From: Acanthaster planci
Lineage: Eukaryota
Reading direction: 5' to 3'
Assembly (NCBI RefSeq): GCF_001949145.1
Contig: NW_019091360.1
Location: 1,981,599-2,045,598, forward strand
Length of the DNA stretch: 64,000 nt
In this document: positions 25,353 to 36,165 of the stretch, in pieces
Layout of the letters: each line of letters starts with the position of its first letter
Numbering within the stretch: position 1 is the first letter of the stretch
Notes under the pieces: generated by a model
Database searches by the model: none
Told to the model about the DNA's origin: nothing
What the model saw: only the letters and a program-made list of their open reading frames with translations
Translations under genes and position numbers: made by a program

Positions 25353-27868
25353 TTGTTCCCGGTGTTGGTCAGTGTTGTTGAGAGGCACAGGGATGTACTC
25401 AGCGGGTTCCTTTGGTGGCCAGGTGGTGGCTTATCTCAGCTACCAGAGATCTGCCGTATGACTGTCCATCCATTCGGCGGGGTTTGGAGCCCGAGCTGTG
25501 CCAACTTGCCCTTCAAAGGACGGCTGACGATGATAAGTTCGACCACGACGTGGTAGAGACTGTGAAGAGGAACTTATATCTCGATGATTGCTTGAAAAGA
25601 GTCAAGTCAGTGGAAGAAGCAATCAAAATAGTTGAACAACCGACAAAATTGCTGGCATGTGGAGGGTTCCACTTGACAAAGTGATTAAGCAACTCCAGAA
25701 AGGTCCTGGAAGCCATCCCTCAGCAGGAGAGAGCAAAGAGTCTTAGAGGCGTAGACCTGGACCGAGAATCACTACCGGCAGACCGAGCTCTTGGAATCCT
25801 CTGGTATGCTGAAGATGATTCAGTTTGGGTCCTAAGATCAGAAGTCATACTCGGCGAGGTCTGCTAAGTAAGCTCTGTCTACGATCCACTCGGGTTCTTG
25901 TTCTTTCGGGTTCTCTCCAAAAATGTATATGGATGTTTGTCCTTTGCCCGTTTTGTCAGTTCGACTGGCAAGGTCCACTGCAGTTTTGTCATGGGCAAGT
26001 CACGTCTAGCATCGTGAAGGCAATGACTATCCTAAGACCTGAGCTGTATGCGGCTGCGCTTGCTGCTCAGCAGGACGTCAGGCTCAGAAAGGAGACTGAT
26101 CTGGATATTGGTAAATCCACATTCTGGGCAGACAGCTTGCTTGTCCTGCAGTATATCAGGAACCAACCGAAGCGTTTCCACACCTTCGTGGCCAATCGAG
26201 TGACAACAATCCATGAGGCATCATCACCTGAGCAATGGCGGTATGTAAGCACGGATCTTAATCCGGCCGACGACGTTTCGCTGAGGGGCTCGATGAAGAC
26301 AAAGCGAAAGTTAGTGGCCTGTGGTACCGGAAGTGACAATTCTGCTTGACAAGGATCGAGAAGTTAAACGGGAGACAACCTCTTGAGCTGTGGATGTCCG
26401 ATGCCAATCCGATAGATGAGCTTATGAATAGGTTTTCCTGCTGGCTCAGTCTTCGTAAGGCAGTGGTATAGCTCTTCCGTTTCAAGAATTGGTTGACAAA
26501 TGGCAAGCCAGTTTGCGGCTCATCCCGGCTTACGGTTCGGGAGCTCAGGGCAGCGGTGAGCTAGCTATCCTGAAGCATGTTCAGCATAAGAGCTTCCCTC
26601 AGGAAATCAAAGATTTGCAGAAGGGCTGTACAGCTGTGAGAAGACAGAGTGCCATCTACAATCTCAGACCTTATCTGGACGATGTTGGTATTCTGAGGGT
26701 AGGCGGTGGGCTACGACTTGCTCCTATTTTAGAAGACCGCAAGTTCCCCTCCATTCTGCCCCCAAATCATCATGTATTCCTCCTGGTGGTTCGTCATGTA
26801 CATGAGTTGCTTGCAGGTCATGGCGGCAGGGATCATGTTCTTTCTGTTGTGAAGAGAAAATACTCGATTCCGAAACGGCGTCCTTTATTAAATCGGATCC
26901 TGACGGAATGCATGCTTTGCAAGGAGATGCATGCTCAGCCATATGCTCAGTGCATGGCCGATCTGCAGAAGCTAGGGTAACCCCTGGCTTACTACCCTTC
27001 TTGCATGTAGGGGTGGATTGTTTTGACCCTTTCTTGGTCAAACGAGGCCGCTCTAGGGACAAGAGTTACGGCCGCTTGTTTGTCTGAGCCATCCACCTTG
27101 AAGTGCTGCATTCCTTGGAGACAGACGTTTTGATGCCAGAAGAGGGGTGCCGGAGCAAATGTACTCGGTGAAAGATAACCGAGAGAAAACATCGTCAAGC
27201 TTCACAACGATGACCAGGTACAAGGTGTTCTCCTCGCCAAGCGCACTGAATGGCACTTCAACCCACCTGCGGCATCCCACATAGGTGGATGTGGGAACGC
27301 CAAATAAGAACTGTCGGAAAGGTTTTGTCTGTTCTTCTCCGCGACCAGAGTCTTGACGATGAAAAACTTAATTGTTTTGTGAGGTAGAGTCGATCGTGAA
27401 CGACAGGTCGCGATCACTCCAGTGTCGGATGATTCCGACAATTTTGAGGCCTTTACTCCAAGTCATCTCCTGAAATTCAGATCAGGTCACTCCTGCCACT
27501 ACGAGGCTTGCCTGAAACTGAGCAGTTTCAAAAAAGAAGGAAGCATGTGCAACTAATTATAGCTGAAAGGTTTTGGAAACGATGGTAGTGGCACATGCTT
27601 CCATCTTTTTCAAAACTGCTCAGTTTCAGGCAAGCCTCGTAGTGGCTAACCTTCAGAGAAGAGAACGTTGGGTTGAAAGGAAGGCGAACCTCAAAGAAGG
27701 TGATCTTGTGCTAGTGACGATCAGGCACTGCAAAACCACTGGCCTTTGGTTAGGATCAGTAAGGTCTTCCCTGGAAGCGAGGTTTCGGTTCGAAGTGCAG
27801 AGGTCAAGACTGCGACTGGGATCCACACTCGACCTGTTACAAAGTTGTGTCTTTTGGAACGTTCTTAG
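25353..27868 (+). mobile_element. Decayed BEL/Pao LTR retrotransposon pol (RT, RNase H, integrase), 5'-truncated
   Basis: Frameshifted motifs FLWW, RMTVHPFGGVWSPSCAN, NLYLDDCL, RPELYAAALA, WADSLLVLQYI..FVANRV, GILRVGG, HELLAGHGG, CMLC, GVDCFDP, WHFNPPAASHIGG and [10 protein letters not shown]. Confidence 0.93.
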
Positions 27869-27998
27869 ATTTGGCTTAAAGTAAAGTTGTTGCTTAGTAG
27901 TTAGATGTTTTAAGTTAAAGTTTGCAGTTTGCTGTCTATTTGCAGGCGCCTGATTATTTATTGAAAGTTGTAAATGTACCGAAGATGTAGGGCCATTT

Positions 27999-28085
27999 GA
28001 GGGGTCAGGATGTAATTTTAGTCTGTATTCGGTTTACCTTTGACCTTGGGTGCATAATTTATTCTTAAGTCAGTTGGTGTTACCT
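27999..28085 (+). mobile_element. Polypurine tract and start of the BEL 3' LTR
   Basis: GAGGGGTCAGGA is immediately followed by TGTAAT at 28011, ~140 nt after the pol stop. The LTR end is not determinable. Confidence 0.6.
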
Positions 28086-28387
28086 AGCGAGGCACTAGTT
28101 CTCGGATTGCGCGTCCAAAATGTATCCGGTTCGTAAGTGACTTCGTCACAAAGGCGCGGACGCGCCACGATTTGCAGGCTCTCATTGGACAATCGCCGAA
28201 GTTGCGCGTTAACTTCCGCTTCCATGGTTCCATGTAAACGGCGATCAATGCATACCGTACCGACTCACCGCGTAGGCGCGCAAGTTTATGCGAGTTTGAA
28301 GCGGAGCACGCTGAGTACGCGCAACAAATTTATTCTTTAACGTATGGTCTTTGCGTATACGCAGAACGCGTGCAAGAACCCGGTTGT

Positions 28388-28532
28388 GTTGTAACCAGAG
28401 AAATATGGTAACTGAGTACCTTCTTCAGGGCAAGCAGTTTCACTTGCCCCAAAGAAGGTACTCAGTTACCGAAAGCTCGGCAATCACATATTTCAGCGCA
28501 CTGATTTGATGTGATATATCTCGGTTGTAACC
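28388..28532. ncRNA. Inverted pair of degenerate minimal type I hammerhead ribozyme motifs (Penelope-like terminus)
   Basis: + arm TTGCC-CCAAAGA-A-GGTA-CTCAGT-TACC-GAAA-GC-TC-GGCAA (28444-28483); - arm TTGCC-CTGAAGA-A-GGTA-CTCAGT-TACC (28407-28433). 28-bp arms, 26/28 complementary. Confidence 0.7.
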
Positions 28533-29668
28533 ATCTGTCTTTCTTTCGCCGATTGGTGGTGCACTTTAGCTCAGGACAGAGAGTAAGGAAGTTAACCAAG
28601 AACCTTGAAATTCACGGCCCGTGGTTAATTTGAAAATCTAGGGGCTGGGCATTTTGTTATGCTTAGGTTGTTCTTCATTACTTTGGTCATTAGTCACTGT
28701 GAATGCATACACTGAGAGCTATCATTTTTACCCTTTTTCCGACGGGTTTTGCATGAAATTTGTTCCTACGATTCATGTTAACCCTTTGCTTTGAGCCTCT
28801 GTCATTTGTTTTATTTTATTTTCCCCTCACTTCGACTTCCCCTCCCCTCTCACAAGGACCGATCCTGCAACTATTTACTGACTATATATTCGTCTGATAG
28901 GATCTTTCATTCGAATAAAGCCACGGACACTGTTACGTTCAACGTTTCGCTCCTGCATTAGCCTGCATGTGATATAATCAATGGCCGTTCTCTTCTCCTC
29001 CTGGGAAATTTGTATTGAAGTAAACATCACTATTGAAAAAAAACTCTCTTCCTGTAATAACTGAAAGTCAGTTGTAAATGTTTAGGCCCTACCGGTGTTT
29101 CCGCTCTTCTGAAATCATCTTCTTTGCTCTGTGATATTTATAATGGTTCTGTGGAAACAAGGTATGAAAGTATAACAGAAATTGGGAGGCAGACCGTCTG
29201 CCAGTGGACCGTTCAAATGATGAACATTCCTCCTGGCGGTAAATTGTTTGCCCTAACCGACATCCGAATATTCGACAGCCCAATAGTGCCCTGACGTATG
29301 CATATTTAAAAAGTGATATTTGTCCAGGATCGTGAACATTTTCATTCTTCCTTTTTGTGAGATATATTTTTGTCAAGTTCATTTTTATGAAATTATAAAA
29401 ACCACCATTAATATCTTGAATTATGTTAAAACAAGCTTTAAAAAGAACGCCATTTTTAGAAACACTGATTCTATTAGTGGGGAAATAATCGTGTTTTTCA
29501 AGTTGTTTGTACGAGATAAACATACATCTTTCAGGGTTGTTTTTATATCGCACAAGAACGACTTTGAAAAAAATAATAAACCTGTAATACAAAAAAAGCT
29601 ACTTTCACGGCGTCTGATTGACTCTTTATCATGACGTCACCATTTCCCAAAACTTTCTTCACATCCAA

Positions 29669-29827
29669 CATGGCAGCTGCATGAGACTTCGGTAGTGCCT
29701 CACCCTCTAGTGTGGCACAGATCACTAGTGATTTATCCTCGGGAGTGATCCGTGCTACACTGGGGCTAGTTAGTGCCGTGCTGTGGGGCAGAAGACCGAC
29801 CTTCAAACTCAGCTTTCCGGAACCGTT
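29669..29827 (+). pseudogene. Candidate first exon of a decayed spliced gene
   Basis: CAACATGGC start context after TGACGTCA; frame MAAA*DFGS...EPL with one internal stop, followed by GTAAAC. No recognisable domain. Confidence 0.3.
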
Positions 29828-31356
29828 GGTAAACTGTGTATTTGTGACAGTCTTGCAGTTAAGAGATGTGAAATTTAACTTGCAAAGGCAGTTAGGTATT
29901 TGATAATTACTAAATTAGACTAGTAGTAGGAGTAAAACAGGGACATTGTTTTTCTGTGAGTGACGGTAAGATTGTGTGCATACAGCGGGCATGCGGGCCT
30001 TCGTTGATTGTCTTTATGCATAATGTTCTTGCCCACTGTGATCCCCCAATGTCATGAACGTGAGTTCGTTGGACATTTTCCTGTACTTTCCTTTTGCAGT
30101 GTTGCTAGACCTCTTCGTTGAAAAACTTTAACTTCGAACAGTTATAAGTAGGGACCTACTACTGGTGCCATTACCTTTCAGTTTCAGTATTGTGGTCGAC
30201 CATCACAAGACCAGACCTAAGACATGTAAGAAAGAGTGACAAGACCATGCACAAGACCAGTCAAAAGTAACACCGATGTGAAGTTAGTTCCTCGTTTAAC
30301 GTTCGACATTCAATGTTGATCAAGTAACTGTTCCATATTCGAACGTTTAATAAGTAACCGTTTGACATTCCGGGTGCACTCGCCTTCAAAGCTATGGAGT
30401 GCAACAGGAACAAAAAAAACAAACTGTTTCCAATAGGCCTACATGTTGATTTGAAGCTTTGCATGGTGGAAGTTATGAGATGTACGATGGGCTTGCGGGT
30501 ACAGCATGGACTCAATCTCTTGGAAGATGTGTGGTTATTAAAAGAACCAGTAAGTGTTGACTTGACTTTTCGGTCAGGATACTCTTGCTATTCTTTGGAG
30601 AGGGTGCTAGACTCGAGTGGAGGGTTGGTTTAAAGGCAATCCGGACGGGGTGGGGCTTGAAACGGTATTCGCAGGTTGCATATTACTGGCCACACGTGCA
30701 CTGGAGCATGAATGTGTTGGATACTGTGGTGGATCAGAGATGCCAAAGGGGGCATCGGGTAGAGAAGACCCCAACGCCTTGGGTGGGTGCAAAGTATGGG
30801 TTTCGAGTATGGACCCTACTGCCCAGGGGTGGGGGCTGTCTTGGGTGCTAGTACTAAAAGTAGAGTGGGCGCCATGTGTCGCTGAGCTGTCAGCTGTGAC
30901 ACCTCATGATGTATTTCCTTCACTGAAATCTGTGTTGCACCATGGAGGGGATTCCTCCATGGTTGCACAAAGTTTGAACAATTTGTTGCGTAAATATGTC
31001 AGCCAGCGAGGCAAAGACAAGCAAGATGGTAAGAATTAAGAAAGGCAATCTGCCCTCCTCAAAACCCATGAATATTGTCCCTTTCAGTACCTGTCAGGTA
31101 GAATTAGAAGGTTGGAATGGAATCACTTAATTTGCGGCTTTGTCATAAAACCTGTTTTTTTTTCATCTCCACAAGGTGAAGTACTGTGCACTATGCATGT
31201 ACATGTAGGTCTACACGCACGTACATATATGTGTAGGTGGTCTTGTTTTGGAAGGATTGATGTTGCTATCCCATGTATTGGCTATTTCCCTATATAACAA
31301 TGGATAACTTGACGACTTTTTTGAGGTTGTGTAGATTTTCCTTGGGCTGTTGTCTA

Positions 31357-31480
31357 TGGGCCCGTTTGTTTCACACTGACCTGGGTCTTGGTAAATGGTC
31401 CCATGGCCCAAAGCTGGTTAGCACTATGATTGGGCAGGTTCTGGTGTCAGTGAACCAAAGTCAGATCATGTTGATCGAGT
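31357..31480. repeat. Partial copy of a short MITE family shared with 38900-39058
   Basis: Shares AAAGCTGGTT and GGCAGGTTCTGGTGTCAGTGAACCAA with 38952-39005; its left end matches the revcomp of the right end of that copy. Confidence 0.7.
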
Positions 31481-31900
31481 GTGTCGTTTAATAGGGTTTG
31501 AGCTGTATCAGGGGATCAAAAAAGGTATTTTACACATGTACAATTCACCTTTTATTAGTTCATTACGGATTTTTGATTCATCTCTTCTGTTAAGATAGGA
31601 AGTAATTTTCTGTGTGGAACTTTGTGTTGCTTGCTTTTCCACTGAATGTCATTGATCCAAAAAATGAATGAGTTTCATCTTTGATTGTTGGAATCAAAAA
31701 GTCATTGATCTTGAAATGATTCTGTGTGGGCTTGCCCCCACAAAGGGACAGGGATTTGCACAAGATTCATTGATTGAGCTTGAGAATATTATGCGTTGAT
31801 GCAATGTAATAGTGGTGGTTATTGGTGAAGTTTTCAGTAAATGATAGGTACTGTTACCAATTAATTCAGTTGTCGTAAAATATATCGAAGATTTTACAGG

Positions 31901-33824
31901 TTTTCCCAGTCAATTTCGGCAAAAGAGCAGCCAGTTTAATTTTTGTGTGTTCAAATTTGTTGCCATTTTTCCACTTAAGATTTTTTACCATTTTACGTTC
32001 AGAATTTAGGCATTCAATTTTGTTTGGAGTCATTCAGATTCCTTCAGCAGTGTGTTCAATTTAGGATAGCATCCTTCTTTTTTGTGACGAACAATCATCA
32101 TTCAATTTAGCAAAGGCTGGTTCGACTGGACATTTTTGCTGATTTCCTTATTTCAATTTCGTAAGGAGGCAATGAATTTTGCAAAATGAAAAATCAAATT
32201 AAAGTAAGATAAATCTATGTCAAAAACAAAACAAAGCCAAAAGTAACAGATTAATTTAAACAGACCACTTTTGACAGTCACATTTTTTATTATCTTTGTT
32301 AGTGAAATCGTGTCTGGTAATTAGCTTTCTTATACCGTAGGTAGGGTTAGAGGTGTCTGTCCCTGGGAAAGATAGAAACATCACCGATGCCAGCAGGGTT
32401 AGGTCTAGGTAAAATAATTCTCCCGGGACAGACGTATCCCCATACCGCAGCTTTAAGGTACTAGGCGCTGTGACATTCATTCATTCATTACTTCAGTATC
32501 CATTTATTTTTAAGTTGTACCTTACTGTGATGTTGATTATTTTTATGGAAACGGCGCATTGTAAATTTTCAATAATTCTTCTTTATGAAACATTCTGTTT
32601 TCCATATTGTGAGGGGGTTCTTTATGGTTTTTATTTACCCTGATTTCTTATTTTTATCTATATTGTTTCCATCTTCCTCAACCATCAATCTTCCCGTGTT
32701 GGTGTGCGAGACATCTTGGCATATGTATATGTTTGGGTATGGTTTTTACCACTGCATGTGTTTCAATTGCATCAATGTTCTGAATGACTGCTTGCTAAAG
32801 TAGATCATCATCCACTACTATGGATTCATTCATGCTTCAGCCTGTCTGTCTCCAACATGTTATTGCCACTCCTGTAACCCCAGGGTGCAGCCTTGAATGC
32901 AAAAGGTGCCATCTCCTCCGTGCCGTTCAGGAATGGGGACTAGGGAGGAAGGAGCTTCAGCGTGATCATTGGCTTTGTACCTTCAGGGAGTTGGGGCGTG
33001 TATGTGAGGCCTCGCATTATCGTAAATACAGGTGTGGAATGTCCTCCACTAGTTTCAGTGTTATCATCATTATGCATCCAAGGTCCTGGCTATGGTTGTA
33101 GTGGAAACCCCTGGCCTCTCAGGTACATGCAGATGCTCACTCAAACTAGCCTTCATCTGCTGAAGAGTCAAGAGAGGAGTATCATCAAGGATACCTTGCA
33201 GGTGGTTTTGCATCTCATCATTCATAATGAAGTGTGTTTTAATCACTCCACCTTTGGCCTGTTGCCTTCCAGTCCTCAAATATGTTGCATCAGTTGACCT
33301 CGCTGTGGACTTGTTGATGCTCAAATTGACTGTAAGCTCAAGGTAGTCTTGCTCGTTCCCTCAAAAGCATCAATCAACCTTTCCCAATCACTCTTGCATA
33401 GCGACCACAAGCTGCCATTTCTTCAAATGATGTGTACATAGCTGTAGTGAAAGGTTGTCTTCCAAGAACATCAGCAGAGTGTCTCCTGTGCCCATAAGTG
33501 AACCGTATTTATACCATTAACATTCTGAAGGAAATATTTTAACTGTGTTTTTTAGATTGTACAAATTGCACAAATGCCTGCCCAGTGATGAAAACGAATG
33601 GCCAAAGACATGCCTCCAACAAACACCTGCTAATTGACTGCTTTTTGGTTGAATTGTTAATTTGGGCGACCTAATTTCATTAAATTGAATGACGCACTCA
33701 GTTCTTTTTGCCTAGTCGTAAAATGAAATTGAATGACCGTTTTACAGCTGCATTCAATTACACTCAAAATAGAATGGCACGGAAGTTAAATTGGTTGCTC
33801 ATTTGCCAAAATTGATTGGGAAAA
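31901..33824 (-). mobile_element. IS630/Tc1-like DNA transposon with TIRs and an internally deleted, decayed transposase (~32700-33418)
   Basis: ~40-bp TIRs TTTTCCCAGTCAATTTCGGCAAAAGAGCAGCCAGTTTAA vs revcomp TTTTCCCAATCAATTTTGGCAAATGAGCAACCAATTTAA; subterminal TTCAATTT repeats; HTH (DWERLIDAFE..INKSTAR; PLLTLQQMK..VSTTTIARTL), IYDNARPH and LPP*SPFLNGTE motifs. Confidence 0.88.
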
Positions 33825-34369
33825 TATACCGGTGTATATATTTTACAGGAGGGGATTAAAGTTGTTCGATCCAAAGATCGTGTGGCAGGGATCTCCTTGG
33901 AATTTTGGAATTGGAATTTTCCCTTTTCACCTGGATAGCTTCACGCAGCTGCCTTAGCAAGTTGGTGTATGTACATATATGTGTAGAGTAGTTAATACTC
34001 CTGATCATACAGCATCCACAGGGATCTTTGTTACATGTATGTCAATGTAGCTGCAATCTGCATTCATGTATTACCCGTGTTTGACCCTAGAAAATACGGC
34101 ATTACTCAAATTTTCTTGCGTACCAGTATTTCTCTAGGTATTTCAGTTGGGTCGGTGAATTTATTATTTTGGGAGAATTTTAGGAAGACATTGAAAACCT
34201 GCCAGTACTGTATGTATTGTCACATATGTGAGCACTAGTAAAACAGAAAAATTCAATTTTTTTCCCCCATTTTTGTTTGGTTGATGGAATATGACTCTGC
34301 AACGGGCCATTCTTTAATGTAGCATTTGAAAATGTGTGGCTCTGGAAAGAGCCGTTTGGGTTTGTGTCA

Positions 34370-36165
34370 GTGGAGTGTTCGATCTTCCAAAGGTTGGACT
34401 GGTGTAGATGGCTGCAACCAGAAGTCCCGATGTCTGCATGCAGGCCATCACTCACATAGTAAATTTGCCCATAACTGGAATACCCTTGTTTACATCCGTC
34501 TGGCACTTCTTCACTGGTTGCGGCACATCAAGGACTCCCTTACATGCCTCACCGAGGACCATCTGGATGGTGACACACTTGGTCTCTGCAAGTGGGATGA
34601 GATATCTGGTACAGCTTCAAGCCCAGTCTATTGGCCTTGACGCTCAGCCTCCTGTACTACGTGCCAGCCCTCCATAGCGTTGTTGCTACATGTATGTGTA
34701 CTGTGGTTGAAGATTGACCAGGGCTTTGGTGGCCAAATTACTGCTATTCCTCCAGATGTCTTGGACATGTTCATGCACTCAAACAGCTGGCTCAGGAGGA
34801 GTTGCGTGACTTTATGAGCTTGATGAAGGAGGGCTGCACATGTGGTAGGTTCATCGGGAGAGCCATCAGCTTCCGGATGACGCATTGCACGGCAGAGTCT
34901 GATATGTCAGGGGCTGCTGGGCTGAGGCATTGGCACTATTGCTGGAGTCTAGTGGTATTAGACACCCTGGAACGTGGCAGTTGGGTAAAATAGCTTGAAG
35001 TGCTGATCGCAGTCTGGACTCAAAACCCAGTTTGATGAGTGCACTGGATATTCCTTTCTGTCAGAGGCAGACTCTTCTTCAAAGGCCCAAAGAACTTTCC
35101 GATAGACTTTCTTATTGTGGCTTGACATCAGACAGAATGCCAAGGGGACTTGCTTTTGTAGTCCACGTTCTGATTTCACAAAAGTAAAGGTGTATGCTCA
35201 GAAGCTCAGTGAAATGCTTGTGAGACAACATCGGAAGTACTGTCACAAGTCTTGGCTTGATCAAGGGTGATAGCTTTTACTGGGGTCATGAAGAACAGGT
35301 GTCTTTTTTCATCCACGACGATGTCCTTGACTAAGAAATCTGCAGGAATGAAATCAGTAGCCAGCTGAAACTTGAGATCGATGAGATCTTGCTGCTGCAG
35401 ATCTTAATGAGTACGTACCCTGTATGGCAACCTAGAAGTTGGCTGGCTTGGAGAAGCTTGTATATGTAGGTGGAACATCAGATGAGAGGCCCGTCATCAT
35501 TACCTCTTTGACGCTGGCATATATGGCAAATATAACCTCAACAGCAACTGGATGTCTGTACAGTACTGTAGATGAGCCAGCAATGAAGCTCTTCCCATCT
35601 TGAAGAAGAACAGAAACCAGGCAGTCAAGAGCACATGCATTATGACGGGTTTCGTTGCCATCGCTTAATGTACTTGTAGCCACAGTTTTCAATCAGAATT
35701 GGCTTTCCTTGCTGACGTTGTACTATCTCCTTCCATATTAAACAGGTGTTGACCGACAAAGGCAAGGACTTCAGGGACAGATGCAGTGTTGATGCTCTCC
35801 TCAGGCATGTCAGGCGGCCGATGGATCTGAAAACTACCAGAGACTTCAAATGGCAGGTCAGACTCCTCGTTCCTACAAGTGGCGTGCTCATCCACTTCCA
35901 TTTATGTCATCAACAATTCCAGGAGGAGAAAGAGCTTGGGTCAATGCAGTGATACATGTACTTTCTCCGACTGGAGTCAGAGTGGGTGAAAGAAATGGAA
36001 CATGTCGCACAATGCCACGATTTACAATGTAAGCTCAGAGGAATTGTTCATGAACTGCTCGCGTCACGTGTCAGATCGATGTTGCCATCTGTTGGGACAG
36101 TCGCACTGGAGAGCGTTCTGGTTGCAGTGGACAGCCTTGTTGCACACAATGCAGGGCAACTTCAT
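34370..36165 (-). mobile_element. Decayed Mutator/MULE transposase with N-terminal PHD finger and FLYWCH-like region
   Basis: MKLPCIVCNKAVHCNQNALQCDCPNRWQHR..WHCATC (PHD); QGKPILIENCGYKY and C..SV.QDG..F..G...RHP (FLYWCH-like); KQVPLAFCLMS, IRKLMALP, PPKPWSIF..NNAMEGWH and QARVFQLW (MULE). Many stops and frameshifts. Confidence 0.88.

Noticed and set aside
29089..29634. 167-aa and 104-aa ORFs; TTA-GGCCC as a possible giant-element end
   Set aside because: AT-rich with no domain, and no matching inverted terminus was found in the window.
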